This document shows positions 31,901 to 44,329 of a stretch of 64,000 nt of DNA, piece after piece (within the stretch, counting starts at the first letter, position 1; every line of letters begins with the position of its first letter). Made by a program: the position numbers and the translations under genes. Source of the DNA: an uncultured Parabacteroides sp. (GTDB lineage Bacteria > Bacteroidota > Bacteroidia > Bacteroidales > Tannerellaceae); assembly GCA_949298575.1 (NCBI GenBank), contig CASFXH010000009.1:1485-65484 (forward strand), read 5' to 3'. The notes under the pieces are model-generated. The model was not told the origin of the DNA and searched no databases. It saw only the letters and a list, made by a program, of their open reading frames with translations.

Positions 31901-31968
31901 TCGCAGGAGGGGAATTTCATCTTTCCAAACAAAAACAAGACAATTTGACAGCATTCTATAAATTACGC

Positions 31969-32430
31969 ATGGAAACCATAAGAGATCGTATAGTTAAAAT
32001 CATGGAGGTTGAGTCCCTGACTGCTTCTCGCTTTGCGGAATCGATCGGGATCCAACGAGGGGCGATGTCGCATATTTTATCCGGACGTAATAATCCTAGT
32101 CTAGATGTAATAACGAAAATATTGGCACAATATGTCCAAATTAGTCCAGACTGGTTGCTATTTGGAAAAGGTGATATGAAACGCTTACCCGATCAAGGAA
32201 ATGCGAGTTTTAAACCTACTGAGAAGTCATTAAATACGAATGAGCCCTCAAGGACTTTGAAAAATCGCGAGGAAAATAATGAAAATATTTCCTTATTAAC
32301 TCCAAAATCAACTGTAGTAGAAAAAGTTATCATTCATGATAAACCTTCGAAAATTATTAAGAAAATCATGGTTTTCTACTCTGACAATACTTTTGATACA
32401 TTTGTACCAGAAACGGATGAGAAAATTTAA
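31969..32430 (+). CDS. XRE-family helix-turn-helix protein
   Basis: FAESIGIQRGAMSHILSGRNNPSLD HTH; C-terminal KIMVFYSDNTF motif. Confidence 0.9.
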   Translation: METIRDRIVKIMEVESLTASRFAESIGIQRGAMSHILSGRNNPSLDVITKILAQYVQISPDWLLFGKGDMKRLPDQGNASFKPTEKSLNTNEPSRTLKNREENNENISLLTPKSTVVEKVIIHDKPSKIIKKIMVFYSDNTFDTFVPETDEKI

Positions 32431-32479
32431 TTATCTCGTACACAATACATAATATGGTGGCTTATGTCAATGTCCAACC

Positions 32480-32815
32480 TTGTATCTGCAATTTAGCGAA
32501 CTGGGTTACCCATGTGCCATATAGATAATTACATTGCACGGGAAGGCATATCGAATGGCTAATTGCCATATGCGATTCAAGTTGTCTGACCTGTTCTTCC
32601 GCCTGAAAACGGTCAGGCCGGTCTTGGAGAATGATACTGCGACAGTAGTTTTCGCACTTTCACGCCCGTGCTTGTTAAGCATGCGTTCATGAACAAGCCT
32701 GACACGCTGTATGTCTAGATACCGATGATAATGGATTCCTATACAGAACGGTAGACGAACTTCAGGCGTCAGCACTCCGTCTGTTTTTCTGAAAAATAAT
32801 GGCCTCGTCATATTC
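32480..32815 (-). ncRNA. Candidate structured ncRNA (unnamed)
   Basis: About 45% GC island in 25-35% GC flanks; at least 5 hairpins; leftward TATCTTTG box at 32823-32830. Confidence 0.5.
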
Positions 32816-32820
32816 CATAA

Positions 32821-32845
32821 CACAAAGATAAACGCTATCTTTGTG
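32821..32845. promoter_or_regulatory. Back-to-back -7 boxes (CACAAAGATA-n5-TATCTTTGTG): rightward for pyrK, leftward for the candidate RNA
   Basis: Perfect 10-bp inverted repeat, each arm containing TAnnTTTG. Confidence 0.6.
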
Positions 32846-32863
32846 GACAGATCATTTAATCAT

Positions 32864-33652
32864 ATGAAAAAGTATATTTTAGACATGAGGGTGGTAGAAA
32901 ATGTGCGTCCTCATGAGAATTATTGTTTATTAAAACTAACTCCAGATAAAGGTCTTTTGCCTGAAATGATTCCTGGACAATTTGTTGAGATTCGTGTAGA
33001 TGGATCTCCTTCTACTTTTTTGCGTCGTCCGATTTCCATAAATTATGTCGATAATGCAAAGAATGAATTGTGGTTACTAATTCAATTGGTTGGCGATGGC
33101 ACACGGAAATTGGCTGAAACCCCTCAAGGAGGTTTAATTAATATTGTATTGCCATTAGGCAATGGATTTACATTACCTTCCGGAAAAGAAAACAATGGAA
33201 AATTCCTGTTGATTGGTGGGGGAGTTGGAACCGCTCCAATGCTATATTTGGGTGCGAAATTGAAACAATTGAATGCTCATCCTACTTTTTTATTAGGCGC
33301 TCGTTCTCGAAAAGATCTTTTACAATTAGATGATTTTGAAAAATTAGGAAATGTATACGTGACGACAGAAGATGGTTCATTTGGAGAAAAAGGCTATGTG
33401 ACAAATCATTCTATTCTTAATCGAATTCATTTCAATCGAATCTATTCTTGCGGTCCTAAACCAATGATGGTTGCTGTAGCGAAATATGCGCAATCAAATT
33501 TACTCCCTTGTGAAGTTTCTTTGGAAAATACAATGGCATGTGGTATTGGTGCTTGTTTATGTTGCGTTGAAAAGAATAGAGATGGGCATAATGTTTGTGT
33601 TTGTAAAGAAGGTCCTGTTTTTAATATTAATCAATTAAGATGGCTGATTTAA
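32864..33652 (+). CDS. pyrK: Dihydroorotate dehydrogenase electron-transfer subunit
   Basis: [33 protein letters not shown]. Confidence 0.93.
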   Translation: MKKYILDMRVVENVRPHENYCLLKLTPDKGLLPEMIPGQFVEIRVDGSPSTFLRRPISINYVDNAKNELWLLIQLVGDGTRKLAETPQGGLINIVLPLGNGFTLPSGKENNGKFLLIGGGVGTAPMLYLGAKLKQLNAHPTFLLGARSRKDLLQLDDFEKLGNVYVTTEDGSFGEKGYVTNHSILNRIHFNRIYSCGPKPMMVAVAKYAQSNLLPCEVSLENTMACGIGACLCCVEKNRDGHNVCVCKEGPVFNINQLRWLI

Positions 33653-34551
33653 AGATAAACATAGGCGGTTTAAAATTGAAAAATCCAGTAATGACCGCAT
33701 CTGGAACTTTTGGTTATGGTATTGAATATGCTGATTTTTTCGATATTTCTTGTCTCGGTGGAATTTTCGTAAAAGGAACAACTATACAGCCAAGAGAAGG
33801 TAACGATTATCCTCGTCTTGCTGAAACTCCTTCTGGCATGCTTAATGCGGTTGGTCTCCAAAATAAAGGTGTAGATTATTTTATCGATCACATTTATCCC
33901 ACGATTAAAAATATCGACACTAATATGATTGTTAATGTAAGTGGATCATCAATTGAAACATACGTGGAATGCGCAGAAAAAATAGCTTCATTAGAGAATA
34001 TACCAGCTATTGAATTGAACATTTCTTGTCCGAACGTAAAACAAGGGGGAATGGCATTCGGAGTAACCGCAAAAGGAGCTGGAGAAGTTGTTAAAGCTGT
34101 TCGCCAAGTTTATCCAAAGACACTTATTGTCAAACTTTCTCCAAATGTTACCGATATCACAGAGATAGCGAAGGCTGTAGAATCAGAAGGAGCGGATTCA
34201 GTTTCTTTAATCAATACGATTTTAGGTATGGCTATTAATGCGGAAAAAAGGAGACCAATTCTATCAACAATTACAGGGGGCTTGTCTGGTCCTTGCGTAA
34301 AACCGATAGCATTAAGAATGGTTTGGCAAACTTTCCATGCCGTAAAGATACCAATCATAGGATTAGGAGGCATATCGAACTGGAAAGATGCGGTCGAATT
34401 TTTATTAGCAGGAGCAAAGGCTATTCAGATAGGTACGTACAATTTTATAGATCCAACCATATCTGTTAAGGTTATAAATGGCATAAATGATTATTGTGAT
34501 AAGCATGGTTTCAAATCCGTAAGTGAATTGACTGGCGCTTTAGAATTATAA
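33640..34551 (+). CDS. pyrD: Dihydroorotate dehydrogenase, family 1B catalytic subunit
   Basis: [30 protein letters not shown]. Confidence 0.95.
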   Translation: MADLKINIGGLKLKNPVMTASGTFGYGIEYADFFDISCLGGIFVKGTTIQPREGNDYPRLAETPSGMLNAVGLQNKGVDYFIDHIYPTIKNIDTNMIVNVSGSSIETYVECAEKIASLENIPAIELNISCPNVKQGGMAFGVTAKGAGEVVKAVRQVYPKTLIVKLSPNVTDITEIAKAVESEGADSVSLINTILGMAINAEKRRPILSTITGGLSGPCVKPIALRMVWQTFHAVKIPIIGLGGISNWKDAVEFLLAGAKAIQIGTYNFIDPTISVKVINGINDYCDKHGFKSVSELTGALEL

Positions 34552-34557
34552 AATAGG

Positions 34558-34587
34558 AATATTCCCACATAAAAATGTGGGAATATT
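34558..34587. terminator. Bidirectional hairpin between convergent pyrD and Omp85 gene
   Basis: AATATTCCCACAT-AAAA-ATGTGGGAATATT, perfect 13-bp stem. Confidence 0.75.
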
Positions 34588-34594
34588 TATACTT

Positions 34595-35833
34595 TTAAAA
34601 TGCTTCTGTCATATTCATATAAAAGGCAATACCTTTTTGCCCTGGGTCTTTTCCGAAATCTAACCTGAAATTTTTACCGGGTTGGATTTGAAAACGTAAG
34701 CCTACACCATAATTGAACTTCCATTTATTCCAATCTACAACGGGCGCATTTCCAATAGTACCTGTGCCTACCCAAGCAACAAACCCACACTTAGCAAAAA
34801 AGTTTCCACTTCGATATTTTTCCATACTACCAAACATGTGTCGATACTCCAATATCGCATAAGCGGCTGTTTTATCTCTGTATTTTCCCCAATAATAACC
34901 ACGCAGATCAGAAGGAGAACCAAAATAGGGTAGTTCTGAATAGGGAACATTACCGACTCCTATTTGAGCTCTAGCGACCCAGGCTAAAGTGCTTCTAGGG
35001 CGAAAAACTTGTTTGAATTGTCTATATTCTAAATCAAATATCTCATAGTTATAACTTCCACCTAAATATTTTCCATAGATTTTAGCGATTCCACTTAGGA
35101 ATAGGCCGGATGTTGGTGTTGCGACATCATCTCTTGTGTCGTATTGAATCAATGCGCCAATGCCAATATTCGCATATTTTGACTTAAATTTTTTGAAATA
35201 TGAATCATTTTTCATATACTCACTTACATCAGATGACTTCATGAAATTGACATCAAACAGCGTTCCGGCATATATATGAGGTTTTATTTCCCAAACAAAG
35301 CGAGGATAAAGTTGAAAATAACTTCTCCGGTATCCTGTCGTTGAATCAGATTGAACCGTGTGTTCTATTTTATCAAATCCTTTCCCAAAGTAATGTGTAG
35401 GATCATTCCGATAGCTGTAGTTCACATAGATGCGAAAACGATTTTTGTTGAAAAACAGTGTTCCTGCTCCCGCGACAACAAATGTTCCATTTAAGGTAAT
35501 ATTAAAGCCGGCGGGGATAAAAGATCGTTGAGATATCGTATCATCAGGATTGATACGAAAACTGGCTAATGCAGCTCCACCAATACCTAAAGAGGCCTCA
35601 GGCGTATAGGATGGTCCACCTAAAACAGACCACCAAATCCGTTTTGTGGCCCTGATCGAATCTTTCCGCATTTGTTTTTGATAACGTGCCAATTGTTTTG
35701 AAGTTAATTCTTTGCCATCAACCAAAACCACGCTTTTCTTTTCGACAATGCTATCTCCAGATTGCGATTGCCCAAAACAATAAAAGCTAAAATATCCTAT
35801 AAAAAATAGGCAGAGAAGATAAAATCTAGACAT
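34595..35833 (-). CDS. Omp85/BamA-TamA family outer-membrane barrel lacking POTRA domains
   Basis: GPSYTPE N-terminal motif, YDTRD, LRGY…RDK, C-terminal EAF; signal peptide from Met 35833. Confidence 0.82.
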   Translation of the reverse strand: MSRFYLLCLFFIGYFSFYCFGQSQSGDSIVEKKSVVLVDGKELTSKQLARYQKQMRKDSIRATKRIWWSVLGGPSYTPEASLGIGGAALASFRINPDDTISQRSFIPAGFNITLNGTFVVAGAGTLFFNKNRFRIYVNYSYRNDPTHYFGKGFDKIEHTVQSDSTTGYRRSYFQLYPRFVWEIKPHIYAGTLFDVNFMKSSDVSEYMKNDSYFKKFKSKYANIGIGALIQYDTRDDVATPTSGLFLSGIAKIYGKYLGGSYNYEIFDLEYRQFKQVFRPRSTLAWVARAQIGVGNVPYSELPYFGSPSDLRGYYWGKYRDKTAAYAILEYRHMFGSMEKYRSGNFFAKCGFVAWVGTGTIGNAPVVDWNKWKFNYGVGLRFQIQPGKNFRLDFGKDPGQKGIAFYMNMTEAF

Positions 35834-35935
35834 ACGCTTCTTTTTTAAAGTGTTGTAAAAATAATGGAAATAATGGAAAGGAAAAAGCAAATGGATGAAT
35901 TAATCTATAAAAAGCAGATAATAATTTCTTGAGTT

Positions 35936-35963
35936 GTATTTCATAATCACGATTATGTTAAAT
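35936..35963. other. dif: XerCD dif-like chromosome dimer resolution site
   Basis: GTATTTCATAA-TCACGA-TTATGTTAAAT; right arm identical to the canonical XerD arm, left arm ends CATAA, 6-bp spacer. Confidence 0.85.
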
Positions 35964-36002
35964 AGAAAAAGAGTAACACATTCCCGTCGACACAACATAT
36001 TT

Positions 36003-36043
36003 ATGGCCCATCCAAAAACTTAAGAGATTTTGGAATGGGCCAT
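36003..36043. terminator. Hairpin downstream of dapA
   Basis: ATGGCCCA-TCCAAAA … TTTTGGA-A-TGGGCCAT. Confidence 0.65.
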
Positions 36044-36057
36044 TTCCTTGTAAGTAT

Positions 36058-36951
36058 CTAGCATTTAATACTAAGAGACCTTAAAACATCGCGGATTTTC
36101 TCGTAAGTCACAATCCGGGTTGGAACGAGAGGTAAACGTAGCTTATTCTCTATAAATCCCATCATGTTCAACATACTTTTTACACCGGCCGGATTTCCAT
36201 CAACGAACAGCAAGCTGAATAATTCCGTGAACCGATGATGGATCAAGCGGGAATTCTCATAGTCGCCCGCTAACGCCAAACGGACCATGCGGCTGAACTC
36301 GCGTGGGAAAGCGTTGCCTATCACGGAGATAACACCAATAGCGCCAAGGGTTAGCAAAGGGAACGTAATGCCGTCATCACCTGAAATGACATTGAAACGT
36401 TCCGGCTTGTTCTTGATAATGTCGTCCATTTGGGTGATGTTGCCGGAAGCTTCCTTTACGGCGATGACATTGGAAAACTCGCGCGCGATCCGCAACGTGG
36501 TTTCCGCGGTCATATTGACACCTGTACGACCTGGGACATTATAAAGGACGACAGGACGTTTTGAGGCTTGGGCGATCGCCCGGTAATGCTGATAGATTCC
36601 TTCTTGTGAAGGTTTATTATAATAAGGTACGACCGAGAGAATAGCATCGATCCCGTCGAATTTTTCTTGCTTCAACTGGTTGACGATGTTTCGGGTACAA
36701 TTGCCACCTACGCCCAAGACGATTGGAATTTGCCCGCGCACTCGCGATACGACTAAATCTATTATATTTCTTTTCTCTTCTTCCGTCAATGTCGGTGTCT
36801 CGGCAGTTGTCCCTAAAACGACCAGATAGTCTGTTCCATTCTGTAACTGATAGTCTACCAATCGGCCTAGGGCTTCATAGTCGACACTTTCATCTTCTTT
36901 GAACGGCGTAATCAAAGCTACGCCCATCCCTTTTAAACTAATCTCTATCAT
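36058..36951 (-). CDS. dapA: 4-hydroxy-tetrahydrodipicolinate synthase
   Basis: LGTTAE, PYYNKPSQ, LYNVPGRT, VKEASG. Confidence 0.96.
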   Translation of the reverse strand: MIEISLKGMGVALITPFKEDESVDYEALGRLVDYQLQNGTDYLVVLGTTAETPTLTEEEKRNIIDLVVSRVRGQIPIVLGVGGNCTRNIVNQLKQEKFDGIDAILSVVPYYNKPSQEGIYQHYRAIAQASKRPVVLYNVPGRTGVNMTAETTLRIAREFSNVIAVKEASGNITQMDDIIKNKPERFNVISGDDGITFPLLTLGAIGVISVIGNAFPREFSRMVRLALAGDYENSRLIHHRFTELFSLLFVDGNPAGVKSMLNMMGFIENKLRLPLVPTRIVTYEKIRDVLRSLSIKC

Positions 36952-37004
36952 GAGAAATTTCTTCCTTTTTGTTGTTCCAATGCGCAAAAATAATAAAATC
37001 CGAT

Positions 37005-40524
<3,520 letters not shown>

Positions 40525-40569
40525 TATCTTCTTTCTTCTTTTTGTTTTCAAAATAAAAAACAGGCTTCC

Positions 40570-40791
40570 AAAAACGTCGAAAATGCCCGGCGAGGGCGCG
40601 CCGCGCCACTTCGAAGTGTTTGAAGTAGCCGGGCGAGGTTCGCCGCACGACTTTAAAGTGTTTAAAGTAGCCGGGCGAGGGCGCGCCGCACGACTTTAAA
40701 GTGTTTAAAGTAGCCGGGCGAAGTTCGCCGCACGACTTTAAAGTGTTTTAAGTGGCGCGGCGAGGGGTCGCCGGGCATTTTCGACGTTTTT
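40570..40791. repeat. 222-bp element with perfect 24-bp terminal inverted repeats and three internal 42/43-bp palindromic units
   Basis: AAAAACGTCGAAAATGCCCGGCGA (40570-40593) and its reverse complement (40768-40791); units at 40627, 40669, 40712. Confidence 0.9.
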
Positions 40792-40811
40792 CACCCCCCT
40801 CTCCCCTCGCC

Positions 40812-41918
40812 CTAGAGGCTGTATCCCCACTCTTGGAGGGCCATGCTCCAATGCCGCTCGACGAGATCGATCGTCCGCCGCTCGTATTTGTACTGGTTTT
40901 TCTTGTAGCCTTTCTTCTTGGCCAGGTAGCGCTCGATGTCGGCCCGCGCCTCGGGGAAGCCCGGCAGGCGGAGGGCTTGGTAGATGTGCTCGGTCATCGC
41001 GAAGGCGTCGCGCTCGAAGTCCTCGAACTTCACCTCGATCAGGTTGCCCTCGGGGATGAGATGTTTCTCTTCCTCATATTTATAGAAAAGCCTGCGGTAG
41101 ACCTCGAGGACGTTGGCCTCGATCTCCTCGTTGGTGATGTCTTCCAGGCGCAGGGGCTGGATGGTGTTGGTGAAGAAGCTACGGGTGCTCTCGAAGACCG
41201 TGTAGGGGTTGCGCGTCAGGTAGATGAACTTCGCGTTGGGATACATCTCGACCAGCGTGCGCACCCGCCCCGTGTGCGGGGGGTTCTTGCTGAGGAACTG
41301 CGTCCCGCGGGTATTCCAGAGCGAGACCTTGACGAGGCGTTCGAACATGGCCTTGAAGACGGCCCGCTCCTCCTCGGTGATCGTGTTGAAGAGGAGGTAG
41401 CGCTCGCAATAGTCCATCCAGTATTTCGGGAAATACCAGAAATTGTAATAGGTATAGGGCATCATGTTCGAGAGGGCGAATTCCTCCTCTTGGGGCAGGT
41501 CGACCTTCAGTTCCATGTTGTCGGTCGGCCGTTTGTCGGGCATGAGGAAGGCCATGTTTTTCTTGAAAAAAGGCTGGCCCCAGAGCATGAGGTTGGGGAA
41601 GACGGTCTGGTAGGTCGTCGTGTAGCCGAAATGCTTGTCGCAGGCGAAGACGTTGTGGACGAACGTCGTGCCGCTCCGCCAATGGCCCAGGATGAAGAGC
41701 GGGTCGTGCTCGATGGGCCGCGCGGCGCAACGCTTCTCGTAGCGGCTGTCCTCGAGGGGTTTCAAGAGGCTCAGGAGGCGGCAGACGCTTTTCGTGAGGA
41801 AGTATTTTCCCCGAAAGCCCTTGTCGACTTCCCGTCCGGCGGTGATGGCCTTGAAGGTGGGCCAGTCGGCGCCCACCAGCGTGTTGACCGGCAGCTTGCT
41901 GAATTCGATGAGTCCCAT
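40812..41918 (-). CDS. PAPS-dependent sulfotransferase
   Basis: GHWRSGTT (5'-PSB loop), YLTRNP (3'-PB); last gene of the cys cluster. Confidence 0.9.
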   Translation of the reverse strand: MGLIEFSKLPVNTLVGADWPTFKAITAGREVDKGFRGKYFLTKSVCRLLSLLKPLEDSRYEKRCAARPIEHDPLFILGHWRSGTTFVHNVFACDKHFGYTTTYQTVFPNLMLWGQPFFKKNMAFLMPDKRPTDNMELKVDLPQEEEFALSNMMPYTYYNFWYFPKYWMDYCERYLLFNTITEEERAVFKAMFERLVKVSLWNTRGTQFLSKNPPHTGRVRTLVEMYPNAKFIYLTRNPYTVFESTRSFFTNTIQPLRLEDITNEEIEANVLEVYRRLFYKYEEEKHLIPEGNLIEVKFEDFERDAFAMTEHIYQALRLPGFPEARADIERYLAKKKGYKKNQYKYERRTIDLVERHWSMALQEWGYSL

Positions 41919-41919
41919 G

Positions 41920-43365
41920 TCAGCTCTTCCCTCCTTTCCGGATTTCGACCGTGATGCCTTGGTCGGCCAGGGCGTCGCGGACTTTTTGGATGGCTTCGAA
42001 ATGGGCCTCGTCGATGCCCAGCTTGTCGAGGTCGATGATGGCCATCGCCTCGTCGGCCCCTTCCGTCTTGGCTTCGATGGGGTTGAGGATCATGCCGACG
42101 GCCGAGGTATTGTCGGTGATCGGGTCGATCAGGATGAAGGCGCCCGTCTGCTTGTTCGCTTTGTAGGGGTCGAAGAAGAGTTCCCGGCTGGTGGAGACGC
42201 GTACCTTACCGATCTCGTTCAGCTCCAGATGGTCGGCGTCGAAATGTTCCATCGTGTTCACGTTGACGCGGTATTCGACGGCCTCGATCTGGGCGCGGGT
42301 CGTATGGGTCGTCTGCTTGATGTAGAATTGCTTGGAGCGATCCATAGGCTCCTCGTCCATCCAGACGAGCATCGCCTCGAAGTCGCGGCTCTCGCAGGGC
42401 AGGTTGTCGGGATGGACCAGCATCTCGCCCCGCGAGATGTCGATCTCGTCCTCGAGCGTGAGGGTGACGCAGAGCGGTGGGAAGGCTTCCTCCAGCTCGC
42501 CGTCGTAGGTCACGATGCTTTTCACTCTCGAGGTCTTGCGCGAGGGCAAGGCCATTACCGTGTCTCCCTTGCGCACCACGCCGCTCGCCACCTTTCCCGA
42601 GAAGCCCCGGAAGTTCTGGTTCGGCCGCAAGACGTACTGGACCGGATAGCGCAAGTCCGTGTAATTCCGATCCAGGTCGATGGGCACGTTTTCCAGGAAG
42701 CTGAGCAAGGAAGGCCCGGTATACCAAGGCGTACGCGCGCTCTTCTCCACCACGTTGTCGCCATCGAGCGCCGAGAGCGGGATGCACATCACGTCGCTGA
42801 TGCCCAGCGGTCGGACAAAGCGCATGTACTCGTCGACGATCGCGTCGAACACCTTCCGGTCGAAGTCCACGAGATCCATCTTATTGACCGCCAAGACCAC
42901 ATGATGGATGCCGAGGAGGGATACCAAGTAAGTATGCCGCCTCGTCTGGGTGATGACGCCCGTTCGGGCGTCGACCAAGATGATCGCCAGGTTGGCCGTC
43001 GAGCCGCCGGTGATCATGTTGCGGGTATATTGCTCGTGCCCGGGGGTGTCGGCGATGATGAACTTGCGGTTGTTGGTCGAGAAATAGCGATAGGCCACGT
43101 CGATGGTGATGCCCTGCTCGCGCTCGGCTTTCAGGCCATCGAGCAAAAGGGCGTAATCGATGTGGTCGCCCGCGTTGCCCACCCGCTTGCTGTCGCGCTC
43201 CAAGGCGTCCAGCTGGTCCTCATAAATCTTCTTGCTATCGAAAAGAAGTCGGCCAATCAGGGTAGACTTGCCGTCATCGACGGAGCCAGCCGTGAGGAAA
43301 CGGAGCAAATCCTTCTGTTCGTCTTTATCCAGAAAAGCCTTTATATCTAAAGATTTTGTATCCAT
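41920..43365 (-). CDS. cysN: Sulfate adenylyltransferase subunit 1
   Basis: [26 protein letters not shown]. Confidence 0.96.
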   Translation of the reverse strand: MDTKSLDIKAFLDKDEQKDLLRFLTAGSVDDGKSTLIGRLLFDSKKIYEDQLDALERDSKRVGNAGDHIDYALLLDGLKAEREQGITIDVAYRYFSTNNRKFIIADTPGHEQYTRNMITGGSTANLAIILVDARTGVITQTRRHTYLVSLLGIHHVVLAVNKMDLVDFDRKVFDAIVDEYMRFVRPLGISDVMCIPLSALDGDNVVEKSARTPWYTGPSLLSFLENVPIDLDRNYTDLRYPVQYVLRPNQNFRGFSGKVASGVVRKGDTVMALPSRKTSRVKSIVTYDGELEEAFPPLCVTLTLEDEIDISRGEMLVHPDNLPCESRDFEAMLVWMDEEPMDRSKQFYIKQTTHTTRAQIEAVEYRVNVNTMEHFDADHLELNEIGKVRVSTSRELFFDPYKANKQTGAFILIDPITDNTSAVGMILNPIEAKTEGADEAMAIIDLDKLGIDEAHFEAIQKVRDALADQGITVEIRKGGKS

Positions 43366-43401
43366 AACATTCTTCATTCTTAATTCTACATTCTTCATTG
43401 C

Positions 43402-44310
43402 TTAGAAATAGCCCTCGCGCTTCTTCTGCTCCATGCTCGCCTCTTGGTCGAAGTCGATGACGCGCGTCGTCCGTTCGCTTTTGGTGGTGGTCATCATCTC
43501 CTCGACGATCTTCTCGATCGTGTCGGCCTCGCTTTCGACCGCCCCGGTAAGCGGCCAGCATCCCAATGTCCGGAAGCGGACCTTGCGCATCCGGATCTGG
43601 TCGCGGTACTTCTCGGGAAGACGGTCATCATCGGCCATGATCAGATTGCCATCGATTTCCACGATCGGGCGTTCTTTGGCGAAATAAAGCGGGACGATAG
43701 GGATATTCTCCAACCGGATATATTGCCAAACGTCAAGCTCCGTCCAGTTCGAGAGCGGGAAGACCCGGATGCTTTCCCCCTTATGGATACGGGCGTTATA
43801 GATATCCCACAACTCCGGGCGCTGGTTCTTGGGATCCCATTGGTGGAACTTGTCGCGGAACGAGAAGATGCGTTCCTTGGCGCGGCTCTTCTCCTCGTCG
43901 CGGCGGGCGCCACCGAAAGCGGCGTCGAACTTGTATTTATCGAGGGCGTGGAGCAAGGCTTGCGTCTTCATCAAGTCGGTATGCACCTTGCTGCCATGCG
44001 TGAATGGCCCGACGCCCGCCTTAAAGGCTTCCATATTGGATTCGACGATCAGGTTCCAACCATATTTCTTCGCGTACTCGTCGCGAAATTGGATCATTTC
44101 CTTAAACTTCCACTTCGAATCGATATGCATCAAGGGGAAAGGCACCTTACCCGGCGCGAAAGCCTTCTCGGCCAAGCGAACCATGACCGACGAGTCTTTC
44201 CCGATCGAATATAACATCACGGGGTTCTCGAACTCGGCGGCCACTTCCCGAATGATGTAAATGGACTCCGCCTCCAGTTCCCGCAAATGACTCAATTTAT
44301 AATCTGACAT
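43402..44310 (-). CDS. cysD: Sulfate adenylyltransferase subunit 2
   Basis: [22 protein letters not shown]. Confidence 0.97.
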   Translation of the reverse strand: MSDYKLSHLRELEAESIYIIREVAAEFENPVMLYSIGKDSSVMVRLAEKAFAPGKVPFPLMHIDSKWKFKEMIQFRDEYAKKYGWNLIVESNMEAFKAGVGPFTHGSKVHTDLMKTQALLHALDKYKFDAAFGGARRDEEKSRAKERIFSFRDKFHQWDPKNQRPELWDIYNARIHKGESIRVFPLSNWTELDVWQYIRLENIPIVPLYFAKERPIVEIDGNLIMADDDRLPEKYRDQIRMRKVRFRTLGCWPLTGAVESEADTIEKIVEEMMTTTKSERTTRVIDFDQEASMEQKKREGYF

Positions 44311-44329
44311 ATATCTATTTATTTATTGG

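Noticed and set aside
31230-31968. oriC candidate (AT-rich, repeated motifs)
   Set aside because: No TTATCCACA-type DnaA boxes seen, and the dif-like site 4 kb away points to the terminus instead.
32506-32823. 105-aa minus-strand ORF as a protein gene
   Set aside because: No recognisable domain, and its first codon abuts the -7 box; the hairpin density fits an RNA better. Not fully excluded.
40570-40791. Invertible phase-variable promoter
   Set aside because: No TAnnTTTG box within the inverted repeats in either orientation, and no recombinase gene in the window.
41794-43350. Long antisense ORFs (e.g. 518 aa opposite cysN, 400 aa opposite the sulfotransferase, 396 aa opposite YgiQ, 347 aa opposite recQ)
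   Set aside because: Shadow frames of high-GC3 genes with no recognisable motifs.
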